Of a DNA stretch of 64,000 bases, positions 24,301 through 35,328 are shown in pieces. Position numbers and translations under genes: made by a program. The notes beneath the pieces were generated by a model, which was not told the origin of the DNA, did not search any database, and saw only the letters and a list, made by a program, of their open reading frames with translations. The stretch spans positions 5,799,708 to 5,863,707 of the forward strand of contig OZ316891.1 in the NCBI GenBank assembly GCA_973895155.1. Direction: 5' to 3'. The stretch is from Marsupella aquatica. Its lineage: Eukaryota; Plantae; Marchantiophyta. The first letter of the stretch is position 1. Each line of letters begins with the position of its first letter.

Positions 24301-25160
24301 GGAATATCAATCTCACGTACCCGGATGAGGATATGTGGGAACAGCCAACAGATGACACGAGCCAGTTTATGGTGCCTTCTCCACCCGTGGAGGAGTTTCA
24401 AGCTATAGTCACCACATGTTACAATCAAATTGCACATCACCCAACTCTTGCCAAACAAGGTCTCGTTGAGCTGAAGCATTGGATGGAGTCTCTCTTCACC
24501 AGAGAGGCCCAACAAAATGTCGCAAGGCTGGACATACAGTCTGGTCATGAAGCACTCACTCCCGCTGAAGGGAGTGATAGGACTACAGTTGGCAAACGCG
24601 GCTGGGTAGACAAACTCATGGGTGTGAAGGGTAGACGCAAGCGCAAGGGGAAAGTTGCCATAGACTCCAACAAAGAGAACGTGGATCCGTATCCTCCGGG
24701 TGACCCATAGAATTTGGTGAGCGGAGCAGATGCACCTGAGAGATTGCGCGTGACAAAAAAGGATAAGGCATTATCATTCCAAGCCAAATTTGACAAGGAA
24801 TCTGTAGACGCCCTTGCGGACATGTGTCGTGCCATCACAGACCACACTGGTACCAGGGCACAGGGAGAATGTATAAAGCCCTTTGCGTCAAAGCCAACAC
24901 GGAGGACCAAGAACCGAGCAGCTCCACCATTTCCGCTTAGCAACGTCATCAATCAGGCATCGAAATCACGTGTACTCAAAGCGCCTCTGACCCAGGCAAG
25001 TATGGACGTCATTGGAAATGTTCAAATTGGCTCCAGCCAAACGTGGGCTATGTCGCCCAACTTTCCAGACATTTTACGTGCCTTCTCCACAGGATGCGCA
25101 AGTGACATCAATGCAACGACTACTGTAGAAGAGAATATAGTGTCCATTGCAGATGAATAG
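21307..25160 (+). pseudogene. MULE transposase with C-terminal SWIM zinc finger, multi-exon, with nonsense mutations
   Basis: CCFGPEDY, RRGCKCSF, first Asp in GLVAFDATFGTN (~22660), second Asp in WIIDVADEE (~23043), CTWH (~23230), Glu in TNGGIERWH (~23665), SWIM CQCTCG..GNACKH (~23990-24035). GT-AG introns; in-frame stops at 21733, 21739, 21910, 22911 and 24708. Confidence 0.88.
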
Positions 25161-25838
25161 TTGTAGTACATTGAATATATGAACAAAGTGGCCGACGTTG
25201 GCCCCAGTATATATTATCATTCGAGTATTTGGACTTGAATCTCCGTTCATGGAGAAGATTAAAAGGGTTTGTGTATGGAAAAGAAGGTGTAACGAATGGC
25301 AAAGACACGGGTGTAACGAATGCCAGTCAGATACATGCATGGTAGTAGTTCAACAATGTTACACAAGTTCCACCGAATGAATGTAGTGTCGAAGAGTACT
25401 TGTACTGAGATGACATTATGAAGAGAGCCATGGAAGATACATTTCCCCAAAAAGGGCAAGGAATCATACCACACATTCCATTCGGGCTTCCATGGAAGCT
25501 GAACTGCATACACATGTTTAGAGGGCTGAAGACAAAACTTTTATATATTTATCCAAGGTGGGTAGGCTCACAAAAGTGAAATAATTGGAGGACTATGCCT
25601 ACGTCCTTACAATCCTTTCAGCGCCTTGTACAAAAATGCGTGAGGATTGGCCTCCCAACTCAAAATGCTAGTCTTCAAAATGCCAAGCACTACACGACAT
25701 AAAGGTCCTTATATATATGTAGTCTTTGTAACTGTGAATATGAAAATAGGGCTGGCCTACCACGAAAATCGGACGCTGAAGTCATGTTATTTCATGTATC
25801 CCCTAACATTGTGTAACCACTGTTCATATCCTAGCAGC

Positions 25839-28624
25839 CTACACAATATCATCATCATCGGAACCAGATCCAGAAGGAGCATCACTGACAGACGCACTTG
25901 GGGTATTCAAATTTGCCACAACTTTCTGTAGCTCTGCGGTTTGAGAGGACAAGAAAGTAATTTTGTCCATGATCTCCGTCAATGGTGTGGACCTCCTATA
26001 CGTCTGTGAGAATTGTTGGGAGGCAAGGATTGCTTCCGTTTGACTGGGGGAAAAAGTGCCTTCACTTGGAACATCGTTTGAATCGTCCACATGAACTGCA
26101 ATGACTGGATCTGTTTCGGGCTCCATTGGCGGATGTAGTGTATTACCTTTGGGTTCCGCCATGGCAAGTGGAACATGTATACTAGCATGGCGTGATGGAC
26201 TTCCTGCATTGGATGAGGAGGCCTTCAACAACGGATCCACATTATTTGTTGCAGGGGGGGCCTCTGGGAATGCATCATGTGATGCAAAGTTGTTGGTGAC
26301 CCAGGTAACATTAATCTGGTGCTCCTTGGCAAGCATCTCGCGTGCCAAATCTGGAAACAACTCAGCGGCATCTGAATCCAGACAACGAGCTTCATCCTTC
26401 CGTTCAGCGTCTGACTCCTCAATGGGCTCCTCATTTGAGGTGTCAGTCCACTCCGCCTCCTCTTCAACCTAGAGGACAATCGCCAATATCACACATGAAA
26501 GACATTGAAATTGAAGAGGGTTGTGTTTCATCAAATTACAATACAACGAACGTCGTGGTAATGCATGACCGAATGATGTTAACTGTAGTGGCACTGCAGG
26601 ATGGAATTACCTTCTTCATTGCAACATCATGAGTACTTGAGTTGAGCTTCTTATACATGGCCACGATGTTGGGTATGTAAGTCTGAACCGCCTTGGGCTT
26701 ATGATGTGCCTTCCAAACCGCATACTCCTTCTCGCCCATAGTCTGATAACGTGGCCAACCATGCTCCTCTTCCCATAGTAGACTCTGATGCTTTGTACGC
26801 ATCCAGTTGAGGGCATTGTGACACAACTCTGTCCGATGCAGTGCCATGGCATCATGGATTTCAACAGACTCAATTGATGCATCAACTGGTTCAAAGAAAT
26901 TCCTCACAACTGTTGCACTTCGGATGAGTCTTCCACTTTGAAACTCATCTAATTCTGCAAATGCACTGTCTTGAATATCAGACAAAGCTCTGCTGGTCCA
27001 CCCAAATACATACGACAAATTTGGGCATTGCAAAACCAAGGCCTGCAACCGAGCCCAGTCACGGTCATTGGTGAGACTGTCCCACACGTGGAAGTGAAGT
27101 TTGGGCATCATAAACTGAAAGAAAATTAAGAACATGTTTTGAGATGGAACTGTTGGTGGCGGGTTCTGTAAACGGTTTTGTTCAAACCGGGTTACAAACT
27201 TGCTCTGAGTCGTTGCTCTGAAAAATAGACATACCCACAGACATGCATATATAGTAAGCCATAGTGCATGGTGAGATCGATGTTGCATTCGGAAACATTA
27301 ATTGCTTTTCAATAACACAGTCACCCTGGTGACTAAAGCCTTCAACATAGACACATACTTCACCCTTCTTTTGGCCATGCTCCAATGTTGTCTCAATGTC
27401 CCTCTTACGTTGTAGTAATTGGGCGAGCATTCAGCCCCTGGCTGCTTCCGGCGTGCAACATTCCTTGCCTCACGTTGTTGCTGTGCAACAACGTTTATGG
27501 TATACAATGATCGAGGGGTCCCTTCACTAATGAGACCATGCTTCTTGAAAACATGGCAACCGTATGTGCGAAGGTTCCTGAAAGGCACCATCTTACAAGG
27601 CAACGTCTTGCACACAGCGCCACTAAAGTATCGAGAGAAATGAACCCCCTCTTTAGCCTTGCATATGACTGTTGATTCCTGTTCACAAGGGTAAGACATA
27701 AATCGTGAATGCCACTACACAGTTGCAATTGTAGAAAGGCATGTAAATAATTGATAATTGGCGTACAACAAAAGAAATGTGGATCCTTCTTACAAATTTG
27801 CATTTGGCACATGCTTCGGCCCTTCCTACACATTCACAAACATCTGAAGGGCTATGGTCCAAACTCCCCGTTGGAGACAACGTGTTTGTCGATACACGGC
27901 AGCCACTACGGGTCCCTCTCTTGGGGGCTGGATCAGAGTCCTCCACGTCAATGTTGATTGCGTCTGTGTCTATATTCACCTGTGCTTTGCCTTTTGTTCC
28001 GAGAAACCGGCCTGGGTGTTCATTATACTAAACCCCAACCTTAGCTTGTCGTGGAGTGAACCTGATGGATGGAACAAGGTTCTCCAACCGAACATTACAT
28101 TTCCTTTTCTTTCCAGTTGTGCTTGGCACAGGTTTTGATGGGGCAGTTACTATGACTGCAGTGACCTCGTTGCAGGCAGGTGGCGGTGAGTGAGGCAACA
28201 ACGGGGAAGGTGGTGCCGGTAGAGCTAGCACCGGAGTGAGCAAAGGATGCCCTTGCGAGTGAACGGAGGGCAATTGAGTTTGGCCATTCGGGGCAGGTGC
28301 TGGTGTCAGCGTTGGGGGCAGCACTGGCACGTTTGCCTCCGAGAATGGCACGTTTGCCTCCAACAATGGAATGGCTACCTCCGACAATGGACCACCGGGC
28401 AGACTTGGTTCCACATGTAGTACAGTGGGCGAATGATGGAGATTGTCCCACATAGCAAGCCTCTTCTTGGAGGCCTGAAATGAAAACCCAATGAGTGAGT
28501 GACATGGTGTACATGTCAAAAGTAACTTAAATTAAATTAAGGAGTTGGAAGGCAATCAGTTTAAGTAAATTAACCTAATCAGGTTTCAGTGATTCGTAAG
28601 TACCTTACTCTTGGTTCGCGCCAT
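25839..28624 (-). pseudogene. MULE accessory gene, ~764 aa, H3-like N-terminus MARTKSKASKKR, one nonsense codon
   Basis: Exons 28624-28604, 28474-27794, 27714-27359, 27217-26611 and 26468-25839 join at GT-AG sites in consistent phase (2295 nt). One internal TAG at 28028-28030. Confidence 0.7.
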
Positions 28625-29163
28625 ACTGTCTCTTCACACCTGCAATATAAATGAATACTGAACATCAATCATAGGCTGCAATTTAGCTATGGCTATATTC
28701 GAATACTCAGTAATGAATTACTAATCACATAAGAGGATCATTTGTTTCATTCATTCACTTGTAGCGTACGTACCATTTTATTCGTTTGATATCCATTCAG
28801 TGAAACAATCATTGCAATACATATTACACATGGCGCCTGAATGAACGACACCGCAAAAGCAAAGGATCGACAATGCCAATCATTGGGACTTCAAAATTTC
28901 CAGAATGCACGACGAGTGCAGTCAGATGTATCCCTGTACTTCATTATATATTGCAAGTAAGAGTGCAAAGTACACGGCAGAACACTTTGAAAAGTAAGAA
29001 TGCAGAGTAAGCACAATACAACACTTTGAATACAAAAAGTTTCCTTGCTTCGTCATACATAGTGAATGTAGCGTTTTCCTGTATTGCAACAAGGTGCAAC
29101 ACAGAACAATAGTTACACAAAGTACTTGCAAAGCTAAATTGGCTACGGTCAACTGTCCACTGT

Positions 29164-30066
29164 CTATTTGTTACGCCCAGAGTAGACATCCAATGAGGCG
29201 CTGAAAACTTCTGCTAGACGTCGAACAATGGAAGACATGGAAGTGCCCTCCTGGATGTCTTCGTCGGCATGGACATGTTCTTCACCCTGGAGCACATCCA
29301 ATATTGGAACTCCACTTGATGTACCTGTTGTGCAAGAGCCCTGCGATTGAATTATTGGTGACTGGGCTGGATTTGCGGATGGTGTATTGCACATAGGGGC
29401 GGGGGACGATAGTACAACAGCAGACGGGGCTGGACTGACATTCGATTGGGTTGAAATATATGGGCTACCACCCTCACCGGAAGCGCGTAGCCATGGCGAC
29501 AGCTGAGGATGTTGGGATCCTTGTCGCCGCTGGGTTCGCGTCTGTGTTCATAAACGTGGCTGCGGTAACTGAGTGTTTGTTGAAACAACCTCCAACTCGA
29601 CAATAGATAGAATTCTGCGATTAATCCGGAATCTCACATTGCAGAGTGGCGCATGCTTCAGAGAATCATGTATCACTTGGAACTGATCGATTGCCTCCAT
29701 ACAAGCTAATGCACTTGCAGAGAGTCCTACTAAATCCCTCGTGGCATCCCAAATGGCAGCTCTCAAAGAGGACTGATGGGCAGTACATTGCACCGTAGCA
29801 TCGGTCATCAACACCTCAAAACGATAGAATTCACTATAAAGTCCATTCTGCAAGGCATCATGCTCGCAATGAGTGCCTCTAGGGCCTTCGATTGAAACCT
29901 TGCACATGCCTCGATGGATACCCTGTGTATAGCCTCGATACAGAAATTTCTTTGGGAAAGGATTACTAGCAATGAAATTGAATACCACAACAGTACATGG
30001 TCCAATAAACCCCGTCTCCTCTCTCATGACGGCATTCTGCACATAGACCAGAGTTGGTATCGACAT
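29164..30066 (-). pseudogene. MULE accessory gene: RPA70 C-terminal-like OB-fold followed by an S/P-rich tail, ~300 aa, one nonsense codon
   Basis: FLYRGY...CKVSIEG...CEH...YRFEVLMTDAT...LRAAIWDATRDLVGLSASAL matches the Rep_fac-A_C pattern (Y.l.v.i.D.T...f...ae.l.G.sa). ORFs 29548-30066 and 29164-29394 share a frame, separated only by TGA at 29548-29550. Confidence 0.65.
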
Positions 30067-30356
30067 TGATATTGCCTTACCAAAATGGAGTTACTCTGCT
30101 TCTTGTTGAACGTATGGGATTGAGAACAGACTTTGCTTAACTTAAGCTCTCTACAAAAAATGCAGAGCAATGCGTAAGCCTATGCGCAAAAGCATCTAAG
30201 AAAAAGGAATTCATCGAAGGTCAACCTAAATGTTCCATTCAAACAATGCAACATTTACCGAAAATGGTGCTGAATCCACGCTCTGCACATGCGCCTCGCA
30301 TCGGAATGTCGACTGCCAATGTGTAGAATGGCAGGGTATGCAATAGGTCAGGAAAG

Positions 30357-30830
30357 TGTTGAGCATAGACGATGATCGCAACGGCAAGCCCATGAACCAT
30401 CCAACGCACAATAGTCGACACAAGAGATACGTGGTTCACCTCCTTGAGGCTACGTCCACGGGAACACACAAGAGAGCTTTACTGAACTCTAAGCCCGTCG
30501 ACTATACCGAGTCTCCACAGTGTAAGCTCTCCCTATCTCTCAAGTGGCTCCATAACAATGAGCCTTGGTTCTACCTCTCCAAGCACACATGCCTCTTATG
30601 ATATAGTGTGCAACTTAGTTGTACCTAACCACATAGTTGTACCTAATCACGTAGTTGTACCTAACCACATAGTTGTACCTAATCACGTAGTTGTACCTAA
30701 TCACGTAGTTGTACCTAACCACATAGTTGTACCTAATCACGTAGTTGTATCTAACCACGTAGTTGTACCAACCACGTTGTTGTACCAACCACGTCATACC
30801 TAACCTAGACGTAAGAGTAAATACCCAACA
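30357..30830 (-). repeat. 3' LTR of the copia element
   Basis: Matches 36483-36956 except A30669 vs G36795. Confidence 0.97.
30616..30793. repeat. 18-bp tandem array inside the LTR (also at 36742-36919)
   Basis: tagttgtacctaa(c/t)cac(a/g) x8 followed by two 17-bp variants. Confidence 0.95.
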
Positions 30831-30845
30831 ATCTTCCCCTTGACT
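30831..30845 (-). promoter_or_regulatory. Polypurine tract
   Basis: Minus strand AGTCAAGGGGAAGAT lies immediately before the 3' LTR. Confidence 0.85.
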
Positions 30846-31020
30846 CTGGTCTAGGGGAGAGTAATACTGCCAATGTATATGATCCCTCAGCGGGAAGTTC
30901 TGGACAGAACCAAACCGGTTTCCCTCTCTAACTAGAGCAAACCAGAACTAAGCCGTAGCCTAATACATAGGAATGAGGAAGAGCATATATCAGTAATTAC
31001 AATGAATGTTTAAGAAAACT

Positions 31021-34000
31021 CTACTTGTGATGCAATTGCAAAACCTGCAATACGTCACGGTGTCTAGAGAAACTCTCCAAAGGAATCACTTTGGTAAATG
31101 CGTCAGCCGGGTTGAGTTTACCATCAATCTTGACTAGCTCAAACAAATTATCAGACACAGCCTGCCTGATAAAATGGTACCTGACGTCAATGTGCTTCAC
31201 TCTGCTGTCCATCACCTGGTTCACAGCAAGGTGGAGCGCACTTTGACTATCACAATGGAGCTTCACATTCCCCTGTGGCAATCCCATTTCAGTGATAAGT
31301 CTATCCAACCAAATCGCTTCCTTTGTTGCTTCCGCAGCTGCAACATACTCCGCTTCTGTAGTAGACTGAGCAATACACTTCTGCAAAGTAGACCTCCAAC
31401 TTATGCATCCACCGCCAAGTGTGAACACGTATCCTGTTGTTGATCTCCTTCGGTCCAAATCTTGTCCATAGTCAGAATCTACATAGCCAATCAATGATCT
31501 AGCATTCTTTGCATTCGCATCAAATAAAAGACCATGATCCACGGTACCCTTCAAGTACCTGATAATCCACTTCACTGCTTCCCAGTGTACCTTCCCTGGA
31601 TTCGACATGTACCTGCTCACCTTGCCCATAGCCATGGCAAGATCAGGTCTAGTGCAAGTCATCAAATACATGAGACTCCCCACTGCCTTGTCATATGGAA
31701 CCTTTGACATCAACCCCTTCTCTGTGTCATCCGTAGGACAGAACGCTGATGATAACTTGAAGTGTGGAGCCAACGGGGTACTTACTGGCTTGCTATTCTC
31801 CATGTTGAACCTTGCAATTACCTTCCTCGCATAACTGCTCTGCGTCAACCATAGCTTGCCAGCCTCCAAGTCCCTAGTGATCTTCATACCCAAAATCCTC
31901 TTAGCTGGCCCTAAGTCCTTCATCTTAAACTCTGCACTAAGCAGTGCCTTGAGCTTAACAATCTCAGACCTATCCTTGGCTGCAATTAGCATGTCATCCA
32001 CATAAAGTACTAAAACAATGAACCCAAAGACAACATTCTTCACCGGTTTCAAATACACACAAGGGTCAAATACACTTCTGTGAAAACCTTGTGACCGAAT
32101 CCAATCGTCAAACCGCTTGTTCCACTGTCTTGGTGACTGCTTCAACCCATACAAGGATTTCAGCAATCTGCAAACCAATTCCTCCTGTCCTCTCTTCACA
32201 AAACCTAGCGGTTGTCTCATGAAGATCACCTCTTCCAATGTGCCATAGAGGAAAGCTGTGACAACATCCATCTGATCTAGGAGCAGACCAAACATTACAA
32301 CAAGTACACACAATAGTCGTATTGTAGAGTACTTAGCAACTGGTGAGAAGACCTCATTGTAATCCACACCTTTCTCTTGTGTGAATCCCTTTGCTACCAA
32401 TCTAGCCTTGTAGACCTTCGATCCACCTCCTATGGAATTATCCTTCAGCTTGTAAATCCACTTGTTGTCCACCACTTGCTGATCCTTAGGCAGCTTAACA
32501 AGCTCCCAAGTTTTGTTGTCCTTTAGTGACTGCATCTCCGTTTGCATTGCTGCAGTCCACTTCTGCTTCTCCTTTGAAGCACTTGCCTCATGAAATGAAG
32601 AAGGTTCTCCTTCTTCCAAAATTAACGCATCACCCTCATCATCAGCTGTAAAATCATCCTCTTGCAGTTGAGATGAATCAACCCACTGTCCATACCTTGA
32701 TGGAGCGCGTACAGTGCGACCAGATGTTCTTCTAGCCGATGACTCCGGTTGATCTGCGTGTGCTGGTACAATTTGAAGCTCAACAGCATCCACTTGCTGC
32801 TCACCAGCATCAACAAACTCCTCTGGTTCCTCTGGCACAGGAACCAGCTCCATAATTGGAGCAACTCCTTCTCTCCGGTCATGCACCTCATAACCAATCT
32901 CCCCCTCAACGAGATCCGGGATAGGAGATTTTCCTTTGTCAGTACGGGAGACCTGAGTATTCTCCCCCTCCTTCAATAATCTGGATTCATTGAAGGAAAC
33001 ATCCCTACTGACAACGAGCTTACAGGCAATAGGATCCCATAGCCTATAGGCTTTCACACCACTCTGGTACCCAAGAAAAACACATTTCCTGGAGGTAGGA
33101 TCCAACTTGGTCCTATTCTGCTTTGGTGTGAGAGCATATGCATCACTTCCAAAAATTACCAAGCCATGATAGTCTGCTTGCCGCTTATAGCGCATCTCAA
33201 ACGGCGTTTTGAAATTGATAGCACTAGAAGGAGAAAGATTTACCAAATAAGCTGCGGTATTGACAGCTTCTGCCCAAAATTCTTGTGGTAAACCTGATTG
33301 GCTCAACATACTCCGTGACCGCTCCAACAGTGTCCGATTGAGCCTCTCAGCGACACCATTCTGCTGCGGAGTATAAACTGTGGTGAGATGGCGAGTTATC
33401 CCCTGTTCTGAACAGTACTCTTCAAATTCCATTGAAGTGTACTCCCCGCCGTTGTCTGACCTCAGACTCTTCACCCTTGTATCCAAACACTTGATCGTGT
33501 TTCCAGTCTGATTCTCCACCTGGGCCTTCCACTTCTTAAAAATGGACAAGACATCAGACTTATGCGTCATGAAATAAATCCACACAAATCTTGAGTAATC
33601 ATCAATAAATGATACATAGTACAACTTTCCAGAGTGTGAGGGAGTCGGGGATGGACCCCACACGTCACTATGTATGTACTCAAGAACCGCTTTGGAACGA
33701 TGAGTTCCAACACCAAAAGCACGACGATGCTGCTTTCCAAGAATGCAATGCTCACAAAACTCTAATTTACAAGATTGCAAATCAGAAATGAGTCCATTCT
33801 TCCGTAAGATAGCCAAACCCTTCTCACTCATGTGGCCTAGCCGTGAATGCCACAGTTGAGTCATCTCCTCGTGAGACTTGGTTACATTGGCCTCTCCACA
33901 TACAGTATTGCCCTATAACACATACAAATTCTTTTGTCTACTCCCCTTCAAAATCACTGTCTCTCCCGACCTGACTTGAAGTTCACCATCAATAACGCTC

Positions 34001-34293
34001 CATTGATGACCATTTGAATCCAACACACCGAGTGAAATCAGATTCTTATGCATGCCAGGTACATACCTGACTCCGGACACTGTGCGCACAGCGCCATCAA
34101 ACATTTGAATCTTCACAGACCCAATTCCCTCAATTTGACAGGAGTGATCATTTCCCATCAGAACTGAACCGTTTGAAATAGAGTAAGAACTGAAAAACTC
34201 ACGAATGTAACAAATATGAGAAGAGCAAGCACAATCAAGAATCCACACATCATCTGCTCTCCTAGATGACGTGCACAGGGCATACCCCCGGCT
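31021..34293 (-). CDS. Copia pol (protease, GAG-pre-integrase, integrase, RT, RNase H), one internal TAG at 33913-33915
   Basis: WILDCACSSH (protease), LWHSRLGH and CEHC, IHSDVWG / LRSDNGGEY / QNGVAER (integrase), KARLVAKG, QMDVVTAFL, LYVDDML (RT), YVDSDY, TEAEY, KHIDVRYHF (RNase H). ORFs 33913-34248 and 31021-33864 are in the same frame. Confidence 0.93.
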
Positions 34294-35328
34294 TCATAAA
34301 ACATACTCATCATTGAGTAAATCAGCTTCTCCATCAGCCCTAGCCACATTTGCCGATGAAGTTTCCGCTGCCTTTCCCTTACAGTCTCGCTTGAAGTGTC
34401 CAACTTGGTTGCACTTCCAACATGTCACCTGCCTCCTCTGAGGGGATTTACCCTTGGACTTAGATCTGGATTTAGATCTAAACTGGGTTCTACGGTCCCC
34501 AGTTGGTCGCTGCATACTCCTCCCACGGTTAACATTGAGGGCAGCACCAGATGATGAAGGCTGTGACGTGATGTGCATCTTCTGCTGAAGATCATCACTA
34601 AGCAGAGAACTTACCACGTCATTGTATGAAATGGTATCCCTATCACGATGCAACAACACTCGTGATAGGGACTGGTAAGATGGAGGCAATGAACTAAGAA
34701 GCTGCAGAGCCTTCGTCTCATCATTCAAAGTCTCCCCAAGGTTTTCCAAGTCAACGACCATGTCGTTGAAAGCATCCACATGGTCTTGCAACTTCGTACC
34801 AGATTCCTTCATCCTGAAACTCATCAGTTTGTAGGAAGTGTAGAGCCGGTTCGACAACTCCTTGCGGTGATACTTGCTCTGCAATTCCGCAAATAAGGAC
34901 ATGCAATCCTTATGTGCACCCAACTGCTTGATGATGGGAGGCATGAGATAGAGTGTAACACACCACACTCCCTGCTCCTGCATGCGGTCCCATTGTTTCT
35001 CATCAACATCGTCTTCACGAGGGCTCAGCAGTTGGCCCATCCCTGACGCATAAAGCACTCCCTTCACCTGCTTCTCCCATAGCAAGTAGTCAGAGCGCCC
35101 ATCATACTTTGTCACTTCATACTTGGGTCCCCCAAGCTTGAAAGTCCCCATCTTCTTCTTTACCGTGAGCTCCGGTAGTAGTACTGCTTCCTCCACCACA
35201 CGCCGCACCGGTGATGGTATCGGTGTCACGTGCTCTTCCTCCTGCTCCTCTCTCTGCCCCTGAAACCTCCGCGGTGACCCTCGTGCTTCAAGTTCCACGT
35301 CTTCGAAAAACTCCTCCGAATCACTCAT
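34294..35328 (-). CDS. Copia gag
   Basis: KYDGRSDYLLWEKQV, LLSSLPPSY and the CCHC knuckle CWKCNQVGHFKRDC; ends in a TGA in frame with pol. Confidence 0.93.
   Translation of the reverse strand: MSDSEEFFEDVELEARGSPRRFQGQREEQEEEHVTPIPSPVRRVVEEAVLLPELTVKKKMGTFKLGGPKYEVTKYDGRSDYLLWEKQVKGVLYASGMGQLLSPREDDVDEKQWDRMQEQGVWCVTLYLMPPIIKQLGAHKDCMSLFAELQSKYHRKELSNRLYTSYKLMSFRMKESGTKLQDHVDAFNDMVVDLENLGETLNDETKALQLLSSLPPSYQSLSRVLLHRDRDTISYNDVVSSLLSDDLQQKMHITSQPSSSGAALNVNRGRSMQRPTGDRRTQFRSKSRSKSKGKSPQRRQVTCWKCNQVGHFKRDCKGKAAETSSANVARADGEADLLNDEYVL

Noticed and set aside
30616-30793. CRISPR-like appearance of the regular short repeats here, at 1257-1388 and at 63775-64000
   Set aside because: Head-to-tail repeats without unique spacers, no cas genes, eukaryotic context.
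30558-30803. ORFs encoding (VVPNH)n and (YNYVVR)n repeat peptides, also at 36684-36929
   Set aside because: Translations of the 18-bp LTR tandem repeat, which happens to be a multiple of 3; no evidence of coding function.
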